Shown: piece by piece, positions 10,312-20,431 of the stretch | How the letters are laid out: each line of letters starts with the position of its first letter | Numbering within the stretch: the first letter of the stretch is position 1 | IMG/VR virus record: IMGVR_UViG_3300042566_001512 | Coordinates: 1 to 64,000 of that record | Length of the DNA stretch: 64,000 bases | Strand: one strand, 5' to 3' | The notes under the pieces: model-generated | Databases searched by the model: none | The model's input: only the letters and a program-made list of their open reading frames with translations | Told to the model about the DNA's origin: nothing | Program-made: the position numbers and the translations under genes

Positions 10312-10696
10312 GTGCGCAACTAATTGATGTGCGCGCCAGTTTTGCTGTTCCGTCACTCTTTTGGCTGACTTGATCCTATTAGCTCCGTTTACGAAATTGC
10401 AAATGATCCATCTGCGTCATTTTTGCTCTAAACGAGAACGCTACTGAAAGATCAACGCTCAGTTGGGAGAGTGACGGGACACATTTATGATGTTTAATAG
10501 TATGGCTAGGAAATGCGGGTCCTGGCCAATAGCATTCGACGAGTCGGCATGTTTTTTCATCTTAGTTCAAATTGGCGTTTCGGTTTCCTTTAGCTGATTG
10601 AATTGATTTGCTTTTAACCGCAGGTAAGTCGTTTGCGTCCTTTGTTGTGTTGAGTGGGTAGTAAATAGGGAGGGGCATTGCCCCTCCCTATTTATG
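10312..10696 (+). ncRNA. Candidate structured non-coding RNA
   Basis: No ORF of 60 aa or more; nested G-U-containing helices 10333-42/10569-78, 10346-59/10468-81, 10361-68/10459-66, 10370-75/10450-55, 10386-91/10429-34; ends in a hairpin. Confidence 0.6.
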
Positions 10697-10738
10697 TTTA
10701 CAACATAAATGCCCATGGCAGGCCCATGGGCATTTATG
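10662..10738. terminator. Two tandem hairpins
   Basis: taaatagggaggggca/tgcccctccctattta and cataaatgcccatgg/ccatgggcatttatg. Confidence 0.75.
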
Positions 10739-10816
10739 ACATATTTTTAAAAAATCAATATCTTTGCAAGATACTTTGAATGAGCTATAAACGAATAACC
10801 TTAAGGATGGCAGATA

Positions 10817-12964
10817 ATGTCTAAAAATCCATTTGTACTTGCAACATCGGAATATAAAAGAGACATCAATATAATAAAACACTATGTTGACCAGCAAGCA
10901 TCTTATCTTAGCATATCTACTGGTAAAGATTTAAACACGTGTATTGAATTTGTTAAATCCAGCCTAAGAAAAGGCGGACAGTTTGAATTTAAAGACCCCA
11001 AGATAAAGTATCTGGAAAGGGGTGATAACGGGGATAGAACAGAAAAGGAAGGAACTGCTTGGGCCTACATATCTGAATCTGTTAAGAACAGAGAACTGAT
11101 TTCCCCGACACTTACTACATATGTTCACCCAGACGTAAAGGGGTCTTTGCTTTCGGGATTCCTTGAGAAAAACGTGGCCCTTAGAAACAAAGCTAAGAAA
11201 GAGATGTTTGAGGCTCAGGTGAACAAAAACACAGAAGTGGCCCAGATGAAAGCCACTGAGCAAAAACAAAATAAACTATCAAACAACAGCGTATCGGGGA
11301 TGCACTGTTCCCCCGCTAATCCAATATATAACGAAACCGGGCACTCGACTCTCACCAGTAACTGCAGAAGCACTTCCGGTTATGGGAACGCTAACAACGA
11401 AAAGTTTTTAGCCGGAAATAGGCACTATTATAACCACCACATCGTCTTAAATAACATAATGTCTATCGTGACCAACGTAGATTATTCTTTAATGGACGAA
11501 GTTATAAAAAAGTACGGGCTTTGCTACCCTAGCGTGGAACAGACCCTCGATTGTATAAAATACTCATCTAACCTTTATTGGTGGGAGAGTCACTATTTCA
11601 GAAAAATAGAAGACCTAGTATGTAAACTAACCCCACTTCAACGAGCTGCGTTTGTGTACGTAGGGGACTTTTATCATTTGATGAAATTTAACGATGAGTT
11701 TGTAAGGGGCTTCTTAGGTGAACTGACAAAGAAGGTCGAGTGCAAGTTTGACGGTAATCCGGTGGATTACATAAGGTCATCTGATGAAATATACGTAAAC
11801 ATGGCTCACCAGATCTGCGCACAGGAAGTAAAGGGATTTGGTAAGAAGTACGATCAGCTAAAAGAAGAAGATGTTAACACGCTAGCGTGCACAGTAAGAA
11901 ACATAGAAAGCTGTTTTAATAATCATTCTGATCTGGTTAAAGCCTTTTGGGTAACCACTAACATGCCAAGCTCAATGGCGTACTTCCCCACTAGCTTAAG
12001 AAGAGTGGCGCTAACCAGTGATACCGACTCCACTATATTTACCGTTCAATCGTGGATACATTGGTATCGTGGATATTACACAATGGACGACGGGGCCATT
12101 GCTCTAATTGGTGCACTTACTGCATTGGCTTCATTGACGATTATTCACGTGTTAGCAATGATGTCTGCTAACTTTGGCATAGTAGAAAAACACATTCATC
12201 GAATAGAGATGAAAAACGAGTATAGGTTTGACGTATTCGTCCCTACTCAGCTAGGAAAACATTATTACGCAAACATGGGCTGCCAAGAAGGTAACGTGTT
12301 TGAAAAACACAAAATGGAAATAAAAGGAGTATATCTTAAAAGCTCAAATTTGCCTGGCATAATAAATAAAAAGGCCCAGGAAATGATGAAGCGAATTACA
12401 GATGAGGTCATGACTATAGGGAAAGAAAACCCCAGGCCTATAAGCATAAAAAAATATATTAAAGAAGTAGCAGACATAGAGCGCCTGATAGTCGATTCTA
12501 TAAAGAATGGCGAAACCTACTTTCTTAAGTCATCCAGCATAAAAGACGCTCAAAGCTATTCTAAAGAAGGTAACGAATCGCCTTATAAACATCATTTATT
12601 CTGGAACGAAGTATTTGGAAATAAGTACGGAATTGTTCCCGAACCACCATATAGCACAATTAAAGTATCTACCATAATTGAAAATAGGACAGACCTCAAG
12701 AAATGGCTAGACTCTATACAAGACCCTACAATTAAAAATAAAATAGAAAACTGGATAAGTAGGACCGGTAAGGATAGTTTTGGAACATTTAACCTTCCTA
12801 CACAGGTTCTCAAAAATACAGGTATACCGATTGAAATAACCGGCATAATCAACTACAAAAAAATCATTATTGATCTTTGTTCTATATTTTACTTAATTTT
12901 GGAAACCCTGGGCGTCTACCTTTATGATGATAAGGTAGCTAGATTGGCCAGCGATTTTTACTAG
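10817..12964 (+). CDS. Family B DNA polymerase, polymerase subunit (phiKZ gp50-like)
   Basis: Motif B KLSNNSVSG, motif C SDTDS, KHYY, EIKGV; lacks exonuclease and motif A. Confidence 0.88.
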   Translation: MSKNPFVLATSEYKRDINIIKHYVDQQASYLSISTGKDLNTCIEFVKSSLRKGGQFEFKDPKIKYLERGDNGDRTEKEGTAWAYISESVKNRELISPTLTTYVHPDVKGSLLSGFLEKNVALRNKAKKEMFEAQVNKNTEVAQMKATEQKQNKLSNNSVSGMHCSPANPIYNETGHSTLTSNCRSTSGYGNANNEKFLAGNRHYYNHHIVLNNIMSIVTNVDYSLMDEVIKKYGLCYPSVEQTLDCIKYSSNLYWWESHYFRKIEDLVCKLTPLQRAAFVYVGDFYHLMKFNDEFVRGFLGELTKKVECKFDGNPVDYIRSSDEIYVNMAHQICAQEVKGFGKKYDQLKEEDVNTLACTVRNIESCFNNHSDLVKAFWVTTNMPSSMAYFPTSLRRVALTSDTDSTIFTVQSWIHWYRGYYTMDDGAIALIGALTALASLTIIHVLAMMSANFGIVEKHIHRIEMKNEYRFDVFVPTQLGKHYYANMGCQEGNVFEKHKMEIKGVYLKSSNLPGIINKKAQEMMKRITDEVMTIGKENPRPISIKKYIKEVADIERLIVDSIKNGETYFLKSSSIKDAQSYSKEGNESPYKHHLFWNEVFGNKYGIVPEPPYSTIKVSTIIENRTDLKKWLDSIQDPTIKNKIENWISRTGKDSFGTFNLPTQVLKNTGIPIEITGIINYKKIIIDLCSIFYLILETLGVYLYDDKVARLASDFY

Positions 12965-12970
12965 TAAGGT

Positions 12971-13002
12971 CATATTGCCCGGGAATACCCCCGGGCAATA
13001 TG
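12971..13002. terminator. Hairpin between convergent genes, CATA…TATG family
   Basis: catattgcccggg/cccgggcaatatg. Confidence 0.8.
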
Positions 13003-13010
13003 CTGTATTT

Positions 13011-14123
13011 TCAATGCTTAAAAGCCGTAGGGTTAGATAGATTCTTAGCTATTGTGTCTAAGTATCCCTGGGCCTTAAAAAATAATTCTATTGGTAAATT
13101 GCTCCTGAACACGTTATAAAGGTCACCGTAATTTAACTCCATTATTATTTCGTTTATCTCGCTCTGATTTAACTTAAGTACTTCTTTATCGGCTATATCA
13201 CAAAGAAAAGCCATGTATTTAAGGCGAGCCCACATACCTGCCCAGTGTACCTGTTTAGTAGTAGATATATCCGGCATTAAAAGCACCTTGTAGGCGTTTT
13301 CTTTAGAGAACGATGGGATAGTCTTTAAAACCAAATCAAATCGCTTAGGGGCCTTTTTAATGTAGTCCAGAACTTTATCTAGCACTAAGTCTATTTGGTT
13401 TTCTAGATTTATCATGGCAAAAGGGTATCTCTGAATAACAGATATACTTTGCTGTAACCCCAAATGTTTATTTATCAATCTGTTTATTAAGCATAGGTCG
13501 ATATGGTCTTCTAGCATGTTGGGTAGAACATATTGACCCACGAAATGCATAATGGTTTTGTTATAATTTTTATTATGGTTGTTCGTATTTTCTAGATAAA
13601 AAGCGCGATACTGAATTGCAAGCAAAGGCAGGTTTATCAGTAAAACGCTACTAGAGAGTTCATTTGAATAGTCTATTGAGTTTGGTACGGATACAGAAAA
13701 GTCACTTTTATCATGCATTATAGGCCTAACCGCGACTATGTCCTGCCAGTTTTCATGCGCTTTCTTATAGTTAAACAAATCGTCAACCACTAATAGACAT
13801 TCTAAAGATTGCTTACCGTACGCCACGCCGCTGAAAAACTTTCCTCTGTAATAAGCAGAGGTCATCTGCATTGATGAACTGTGACTTAGAGCTATGTCGT
13901 TTACTGCTCTGTAGTAAGAATCTATTTCCGTATTTTTAGGAACCGGGATGGACTGTAGCAGTCTTACCAGGAAATGTTGAGACGGAACAGAAAAGGAAGA
14001 GTCCCTGTAGTATTGTTTAGCCCGTTTGACGTTTACCATCATATTTGTTTTAACATAGTTCCAATCGGGGGCTATTTGAATTGGCTGATTAGTTACATCT
14101 TCTATTCTGAATAATTTAAACAT
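13011..14123 (-). CDS. Conserved hypothetical protein (phiKZ gp52-like)
   Basis: Likely start MFKLF at 14123; lies between polymerase and chimallin. Confidence 0.65.
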   Translation of the reverse strand: MFKLFRIEDVTNQPIQIAPDWNYVKTNMMVNVKRAKQYYRDSSFSVPSQHFLVRLLQSIPVPKNTEIDSYYRAVNDIALSHSSSMQMTSAYYRGKFFSGVAYGKQSLECLLVVDDLFNYKKAHENWQDIVAVRPIMHDKSDFSVSVPNSIDYSNELSSSVLLINLPLLAIQYRAFYLENTNNHNKNYNKTIMHFVGQYVLPNMLEDHIDLCLINRLINKHLGLQQSISVIQRYPFAMINLENQIDLVLDKVLDYIKKAPKRFDLVLKTIPSFSKENAYKVLLMPDISTTKQVHWAGMWARLKYMAFLCDIADKEVLKLNQSEINEIIMELNYGDLYNVFRSNLPIELFFKAQGYLDTIAKNLSNPTAFKH

Positions 14124-14342
14124 TAGCTTTTCTCTTATAATAAAAACAGTTAGTTTGATTTGAACTATCACAGGATTCTATTTTTTGTAAAAAATGATTA
14201 CCTCGCATATGGTATAGAACTACTAGGTGTATTCTTAGTGGATTTAGATATTCTAGCATTTTTATTGCTTGAGTATCGAATGTGGGTCTATAATGTATTC
14301 TTGATTTTTTTGTCAAGGACATGTAAAAAATCCTATTGGAAA

Positions 14343-14369
14343 TTTTTATATCCACATATCACTTGTATG
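14343..14369 (+). promoter_or_regulatory. Putative early promoter of chimallin
   Basis: tttttatatccacatatcac-ttgta-tg. Confidence 0.55.
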
Positions 14370-14426
14370 ATTACACTCGCAATGTAATCGTCTAACGTTA
14401 GATAAACCGCCTTAAAAGGAACCAAA

Positions 14427-16289
14427 ATGGCAATTACCGATACCAACAAAGTCAACGCTCTGCAATCGCAACTGAGCGGCGCTAACATGAATCAACAACC
14501 ACAGCAGCAGTCTTCTGCACCGGCCCCAATGAGCTTCATGAACCTGGGGTACAACTTCGGCCTGACGCGGTCCACCACCGACGAAGCCCTTTCGCGCGCT
14601 CTTGCCGTCTTCAAGGAAGACATCAAGAAGCAATTTGAAGATCGAAAGATCGATCCCTCTTTTGAGATCAGTCTTCTGGCCGTCGATTCCAGCAAGGGCA
14701 CGGGTGTTCGTTTCTCTGGCATCGTGGTAGCCACTACCCACAAGGAAATTCCTCAGTCTGTGGCCATTCATACGGTGCTGGTGGAGGGCTCTTCTGACCC
14801 CATCGTTCCGAAGATCGAATCGGCACGCGGTGTTCAATACGAGGTCATGTTGACTGCCGGCGACACGATCGACCGCACCTACGTCGAGGAAGTTCGACGG
14901 ACGGTGGAAAAGGCCTACCCTGGCTATCGCGTGATCAACGCCGATGCTCAAGTGCTGCATCGCGATTTCAACTACGAAGACAAGAACCAGGTGCGCACAT
15001 TTGTGCAAAACTTCGTTCTTCCCACCACCACCATGCTGGTGACCAGCGCACAGGGCTTCCAAGACCTGAACCTGGGCCGCATTGAACGAGACACCTCTAT
15101 TGGTGTTCAGCGCTCCTTCAACGAAAACCAGATGCTGGACTACTCCGGCCACCCGGTCCGTACAGACATCAAGGTTACGGTGAGTGCGTATACTGGTCAA
15201 AAGGGACAGAGCGGTTCGCTAAATACCCAGGAGCAATCTCGGGTGCTGGCTATCGTGGGTGGTTATATCGACACGGTTTGGTCTGACGAAGCCGTATCCC
15301 CGATGACGAACATGATGATGGGCCCGAAGCCCAAGTTCAGGGCTCGCCTGGTGATGACTGCGCTGGAAAACCAAGCAATGCAGACCATCCCTGCTCAGCT
15401 GTTTGCGCTTTCGGGTTCCATGATCCTTCGGGAAGGTAATAACTGGTTCTCCTACTTCACTCCTCGTCGCCTTGCGGCAGGTGCGCATCGTGTCGATAAG
15501 CGTGACGTCGGCGCTCTCAACATCGAGGGAAATATTTCTAATGACCCGAGCGGCTTTGATAAGCTTTTCGATACAAAGGATTCTGGCTTTGACGGAATGG
15601 CTCTTCAGCGTTACATCACCAGCCTGTTCATCCCCGGTATGTACTTTACTCTTCGTGTCAGCGAAGCTGGAGCAGATACCTGGTACAACAGCGTCTTCAA
15701 AGCGGCGGCAGACGGTAACCCGAGTGCCATTTCCGCCATTCTGGCAGGTGCCAACACTCTGACCAACGGCAACTTCCAGAAGTTCTACACTTCGGGCTCG
15801 TCGCCCGTTCTGAAGAACGAAGATCGTGTTCACATGGGCTACTACGTAGACGCCAACGGTGTTAAGTGCGACATCGCTGACATCGACTACATCGCCATCA
15901 TGAATCTGGTTGGCCGAAACGACCCCAGCGTCGGTGCAGCTTGGTCCAATACTTTCTATGCAACAAACGAACCCCTTAACGTTCGTATGGCCGCACGCTG
16001 GAAGATGATCAATGAAGTTGTCGGCGGTACCGCTGTCCTCACCGGATACGGTCGTCTGGTGACCTTCACCAACGAGTTCATTGAAGCCTTTAGCAAGGCA
16101 GTAGCAGCCACCGGCCTGACCATTCGTCAGATTGGTAACAACGATAGCGCGCTGTTCCAACAGCGCGCTGGCGCGAGCTTCCTGGCTGGCGCTGACGTTG
16201 CACCTGGTCAGACCGGGCTGTTTAACTACGGTTCGGGCATTCCTGCACAGCAGTCTGGTGGTTTTGCGTTTAACCAACGCACCTACTGA
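14427..16289 (+). CDS. chmA: Chimallin, major phage nuclear shell protein
   Basis: 620 aa; strong RBS; GC-rich codon usage suggesting high expression; directly upstream of nvRNAP beta'-N as with phiKZ gp54; GHPVRTD and RVHMGYY motifs. Confidence 0.85.
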   Translation: MAITDTNKVNALQSQLSGANMNQQPQQQSSAPAPMSFMNLGYNFGLTRSTTDEALSRALAVFKEDIKKQFEDRKIDPSFEISLLAVDSSKGTGVRFSGIVVATTHKEIPQSVAIHTVLVEGSSDPIVPKIESARGVQYEVMLTAGDTIDRTYVEEVRRTVEKAYPGYRVINADAQVLHRDFNYEDKNQVRTFVQNFVLPTTTMLVTSAQGFQDLNLGRIERDTSIGVQRSFNENQMLDYSGHPVRTDIKVTVSAYTGQKGQSGSLNTQEQSRVLAIVGGYIDTVWSDEAVSPMTNMMMGPKPKFRARLVMTALENQAMQTIPAQLFALSGSMILREGNNWFSYFTPRRLAAGAHRVDKRDVGALNIEGNISNDPSGFDKLFDTKDSGFDGMALQRYITSLFIPGMYFTLRVSEAGADTWYNSVFKAAADGNPSAISAILAGANTLTNGNFQKFYTSGSSPVLKNEDRVHMGYYVDANGVKCDIADIDYIAIMNLVGRNDPSVGAAWSNTFYATNEPLNVRMAARWKMINEVVGGTAVLTGYGRLVTFTNEFIEAFSKAVAATGLTIRQIGNNDSALFQQRAGASFLAGADVAPGQTGLFNYGSGIPAQQSGGFAFNQRTY

Positions 16290-16332
16290 CCCGAAATGGG
16301 CCCTTTAGTGGCCCAATGACGACACACACACC

Positions 16333-16366
16333 TCAGGGGCGCTTGGCGAAGGCTAAGCGCCCCTGA
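16333..16366 (+). terminator. Hairpin after chmA
   Basis: tcaggggcgcttggc/gctaagcgcccctga. Confidence 0.7.
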
Positions 16367-16407
16367 TTGTGCTTTGTATTTTTAATTCCAATGCAAAAGG
16401 AAAGACA

Positions 16408-17655
16408 ATGGGTGTACATTTAGAGCACGTGAACTTTGATGACGAGTTCAGTAGGCTAAACTTTAGTCCTATCATTATTAATGACTGCCCAACGGTAACT
16501 TCTCAGCAAAAAGATTTTTTGGACAATCTAATCTATAAACGATTTGAAAGCGATCTGCTTTCAAATGAGCCAAAGTGCGAATGCGGGGAAATGACTGGCA
16601 GATACAGACTAGGTAGCGTTTGTCCAAACTGCCAAACTGCCGTACAAGACGAAATGGAACAGGAGCTTCGGCCGATGGTCTGGATCAGATCTCCTGTTGG
16701 CGTGCAACGTTTAATTAATCCTATAATTTTGTTAAAGCTCGTCAGACATTTTAACAAGAGTAACTTTAGTCTGATCGAGTGGCTAATTAACACCGACTAC
16801 GTATCAAGCGGACAGAAGCCAGCTTATCTTGACCATTTGCTATCTATGGACGTTAAGCGCGGTTATAACAACTTCGTGTCCAAAATTGAAGAATATATAA
16901 ATCTAATATTTGACATCAAGACATTTAAGCCTAAAAAGGGAAGTTACGATCCGCTTTACTATCTGGTGATTAAGGCACTCAAAGAAGGCACCCTACTAAG
17001 TCACCATATCCCTCTTATCAACAGGAGCCTGTTGGTTATTGAGGAGACCAAGGTGGGTAAGTGGGTGGACCCTATAGTGATGGGCGCCATAGATGCAATC
17101 AGGACGGTATCGAGCATAGACGACCCGATTATGGCGTTTACGTCTAGGCAAAAGGAAAACAGAATAGCAAAGTCCTTACTCGCCCTTAGTAACTACTACC
17201 GGGACATGCTGGATGAAGTTCTATCTGGAAAGCCAGGAATGTTTCGCAAACACGTGTTTGGCACGCGTACAAACTTTGCGATGCGAAACGTTATTGCTTC
17301 TCTGACAAAGAATCACAGATACGACGAATTGCATATTCCATGGGGTGCGGCAGTAACCACATTTAAACTGCACCTAATTAATAAATTGCTAAAAAGGGGG
17401 TTTACGTCAAACCAAGCAACCGCTCTGCTAAACCAGTGCGTATATACGTTTGACCCTTTGGTAAAGCAATTATTCGATGAGCTGTTTTCCGAGTCTAGGG
17501 ATGGCGGCTTTGCTTGCATATTTCAACGTAATCCTAGCCTGAGCAGAGGATCTGCGCAACGGATGTGGATAACGAAAGTAAAGACGGATCCTGACGATCC
17601 CACAATTTTGTTGAGTATCCTGTCAACAAAATCGTACAATGCCGATTTTGACGGT
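16408..17655 (+). CDS. Non-virion RNAP beta' N-terminal subunit, exon 1 (phiKZ gp55-like)
   Basis: Zn finger CECG…CPNC, GKPGMFRKHVFG, QRNPSL, ends YNADFDG; spliced product about 490 aa. Confidence 0.9.
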
Positions 17656-18379
17656 AAACCTAAATTGCCGTATTTAAACCTTTTTAACTGCGGGAAAGCC
17701 CTTAGAGCTTCGTCTACCAAGCCAGAGCAGAAATGTATCTGGTGGCCAGCGTAATTAACTGGGTATGGTAAAAATGGCGAAGATTGGGTAATCCGCAGCG
17801 AAGTCTCACGTATTCAGTATTGGTAACATAGCAAAGGAGCAAAAGATGACTGTAATCCAAATCAATACTGAAGATCAACTGTATAGTGCAATTCAGAACT
17901 CAATAGGTAAAAGCCGTTGCAAAAAGGTGCGAGTAATGGAGAACGGGAAGTCATACGAGGACTATTCCATCAGCTATACTCTTGCTCCAGTAAAAGCCAT
18001 TGCTAACTTCACTATCGATATTGAAGACGGTAACGTCGTCATTAAGAAGAAAGCAAAAACCAGCACACGGCACGTCCTGTTCAAAGCGGGGTCTATGGTG
18101 GAGATAAGTATAGCGAACAAAAAGGCACCTTATCTGAAAGTAAACGTGCTAAACGAGGTTCGCTACACAGACGGCACGCACCGATATCAAAAATGAAAAG
18201 CACTGAATCCGTGAGAAACGTTCAACGACTAGACCGTAAGGTCGTACACTCAAGTGAGTGGAAATGGAAGGTACGTCGCAATTCTAACTGCGACGTAAAG
18301 AGATAGTCTGGACTGTGCGGAAACGTACAGAAGCTGAAAAACAGCTCAAGTAGATTAACGACCTATTTGTAACTTATCG
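17656..18379 (+). mobile_element. Group I intron (IA2-like) inside the catalytic NADFDG|D motif
   Basis: P1 acggtaa/ttgccgt with U-G at splice site; P AACTGCGGGAAA 17686; Q AATCCGCAGC 17790; R GTTCAACGACTA 18220; S AGAGATAGTC; P7 GACTA/TAGTC; P7.1, P7.2, P8, P9; terminal G 18379; splicing restores NADFDGDQMN. Confidence 0.93.
17846..18196 (+). CDS. Intron-encoded 116-aa basic protein, no recognisable homing-endonuclease motif
   Basis: AAAGGAG RBS; lies in the P6 loop closed by tctcacg-attcagt/actgaat-cgtgaga. Confidence 0.8.
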   Translation: MTVIQINTEDQLYSAIQNSIGKSRCKKVRVMENGKSYEDYSISYTLAPVKAIANFTIDIEDGNVVIKKKAKTSTRHVLFKAGSMVEISIANKKAPYLKVNVLNEVRYTDGTHRYQK

Positions 18380-18604
18380 GATCAAATGAACTTAACTTTG
18401 TGTTTGGATAATGAAGCGGCCGATCAGGCAGAGCCACTTTCCCCTCACAAAAACCTACTGGACATTCACAACCCCAGAAAGCTAAGCGGAATCGCGGCTC
18501 TGCCGAAACCGGTGGTAAGTACCATTGCCCATTGGCTACACAGGCCAAGGGATTTGCCGGTTGAAGAAAGACACACTTCTTTCTTAAATAGCATATCGAC
18601 GTAG
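18380..18604 (+). CDS. nvRNAP beta' N-terminal subunit, exon 2
   Basis: DQMNLTLCLD…LSPHKN completes the catalytic motif. Confidence 0.88.
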   Translation, partial: DQMNLTLCLDNEAADQAEPLSPHKNLLDIHNPRKLSGIAALPKPVVSTIAHWLHRPRDLPVEERHTSFLNSIST

Positions 18605-18614
18605 AGGGAAACAA

Positions 18615-19232
18615 ATGCACTCATTTACAGCCGATGATGCGTTTAACGCATTCATTTATCCAGAGAAAAACGCTGGAGGTCTGCAATACCTGAAAAATCA
18701 ATTCAATAATTTTACCGGAGTGATGACTAACACCGCTCAGGACTTTATAAAGAAGAGTCGTGAGCAGTTTGAGCGCTTTAACAGTAGCGCGGCCATTGAG
18801 TTTGCCAGAAACATGGTGAAGTCCGTAATCGGAACCGTGGACGTTAGTACCGACAGAATTACTACGTTATGGGAAGTCAATCATTTTCAATGCGCGTCGA
18901 TCCCTATGCAGCGGTGGGTTATGGCCAATCCTGAGGTACGAGAACTGTATCACCGGCAAGGCTGTGAAGGCTATAGCGACACGTACGTCGATATGCAACC
19001 CAAAGTAAAGGGAGAGGAACATTATGACTACCGAAGGGTCATGGATGGCGTAATGCGGTTTGACGACGATAAGGGATGGTTTGCCAAGATATACGTAGAG
19101 GATCTGGTAGATGGAGACAGAGACCTGACTCACGGGGAAAAGCAGGACGTTCTGCAGACTTGGTCTAAACTCGAGTACCTTATTGCGATTGGAAAAGACG
19201 ATCCTACGAGTCCGGATGGCGGATATCTGTAA
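18615..19232 (+). CDS. Conserved hypothetical protein (phiKZ gp59-like; possibly Imp3)
   Basis: 205 aa with YDYRRVMDG and DDPTS; synteny. Confidence 0.55.
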   Translation: MHSFTADDAFNAFIYPEKNAGGLQYLKNQFNNFTGVMTNTAQDFIKKSREQFERFNSSAAIEFARNMVKSVIGTVDVSTDRITTLWEVNHFQCASIPMQRWVMANPEVRELYHRQGCEGYSDTYVDMQPKVKGEEHYDYRRVMDGVMRFDDDKGWFAKIYVEDLVDGDRDLTHGEKQDVLQTWSKLEYLIAIGKDDPTSPDGGYL

Positions 19233-19247
19233 ACAATGACGACAAAA

Positions 19248-19290
19248 AATGCCGGTATGGAAACACCATACCGGCATTATTAAATTTTTT
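19248..19290 (+). terminator. Hairpin terminator
   Basis: aatgccggtatgg/ccataccggcatt followed by T-rich tract. Confidence 0.65.
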
Positions 19291-19314
19291 TGTAAAGAAA
19301 GGCTTTGAATTAAA

Positions 19315-19740
19315 ATGGTTAGTTTCCCAGTAACACCGGTGCCAACTTTGTCTACACAAGGATGGGTAACTGATCCGTCTACAAAGTTCGATAAACTATT
19401 GTCTGATTTCTTTTTAGCGGATCATAACCAGACATACATCTATAAAGGTAGCGTAAGAAGCCTTCAGGGCCTTATAGAAAAACACGGATCTTCTATACAG
19501 GGTCTAATTGAAGATCTTACCTCTAGTCTAAAAGTGTACCTCGAGAGATACTACGATCTTGTGGAAATAAGTATATTGCCGGCCAATGACGTTTACCTTG
19601 ACCCCAGAGCCAGGATGGAATTGAAGATCTCAATTGGTGTAAATGACAAGGGTACTCAAGCACAGTACTCCAAGTTATTGCAGGCAAAAGACAGCGCCAT
19701 GCAAAGTATATCAAACCTCAACGATGGCGTTTCTCAATAA
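19315..19740 (+). CDS. Conserved hypothetical protein (phiKZ gp62-like)
   Basis: 141 aa, PTLSTQGW N-terminus. Confidence 0.6.
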   Translation: MVSFPVTPVPTLSTQGWVTDPSTKFDKLLSDFFLADHNQTYIYKGSVRSLQGLIEKHGSSIQGLIEDLTSSLKVYLERYYDLVEISILPANDVYLDPRARMELKISIGVNDKGTQAQYSKLLQAKDSAMQSISNLNDGVSQ

Positions 19741-19867
19741 AAATACAAAAAACACTTAACATATGGTGAAAAACGGTGGAGTAAGTGGTAAAGAAAATAC
19801 GTCTCTAACACTTAACGCTCCGTTTACATTGTTTTATGACATATTTAAATTCTTAGGAGATCTACAC

Positions 19868-20431
19868 ATGGAAAACCCCGCTTCCAAAAGCATGAACGAA
19901 ATACAGACCGAAATGCTCAAAGGTCAGATTAAGACAATAAAAGAGCAATTTCAAAAACTAGATAAACTGGATGTGAGAACTATACCTGAGGCTATTTTTG
20001 TTCATCATTTCTTGCCGGTGTTTAGCGGAGAGAGAAAAGAGAACGCTCAAGAATCTCTTGCCATGTGGGTAAATATTGCTGGCAGTAACTTTCATCCAGT
20101 AAATATAGTAAACCCAAAGGGTGAGGTGGTTGCACAAGTCCCCCCTTTGCAAAATAACGCTGTTCTGGACCCTTCGTCCAGTAAAAGTAACCTAAGTTAT
20201 GCAGTACAAGAGTCTAACGCAAGGGCTGGGCTGTCTCCGTTGGGATCGCAGACAATTCTAACTAACCAGCTTACAAATAAATTAAACGCGTTAACTTCCG
20301 AAATAGACGCCAAAAATGTTCCACATGAAAAGATGTGGAAAGACTTGCTAACAAAATACGGCAAGGAACCTAAAAATACCCAACAAAAAGAAATCAATAA
20401 TCAGGCAGAAGGAGACCCTTTTGGTTTCTGA
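19868..20431 (+). CDS. Hypothetical protein
   Basis: ATG 19868 with AGGAG RBS. Confidence 0.7.
   Translation: MENPASKSMNEIQTEMLKGQIKTIKEQFQKLDKLDVRTIPEAIFVHHFLPVFSGERKENAQESLAMWVNIAGSNFHPVNIVNPKGEVVAQVPPLQNNAVLDPSSSKSNLSYAVQESNARAGLSPLGSQTILTNQLTNKLNALTSEIDAKNVPHEKMWKDLLTKYGKEPKNTQQKEINNQAEGDPFGF

Noticed and set aside
10312-10660. CsrB/RsmZ-like GGA-repeat RNA on the minus strand, tRNA or tmRNA
   Set aside because: About 7 GGA motifs, not clearly above chance and not obviously in loops; no cloverleaf or T-loop/CCA signature seen.
14412-16277. Long antisense ORFs (262 and 352 aa) within chmA
   Set aside because: Explained by the codon bias of a highly expressed gene, which leaves few reverse-strand stops; no evident RBS or motifs.
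17656-17754. C-terminal extension KPKLPYLNLF…WWPA of the 461-aa RNAP ORF
   Set aside because: Read-through into intron sequence; the true frame resumes at 18380.
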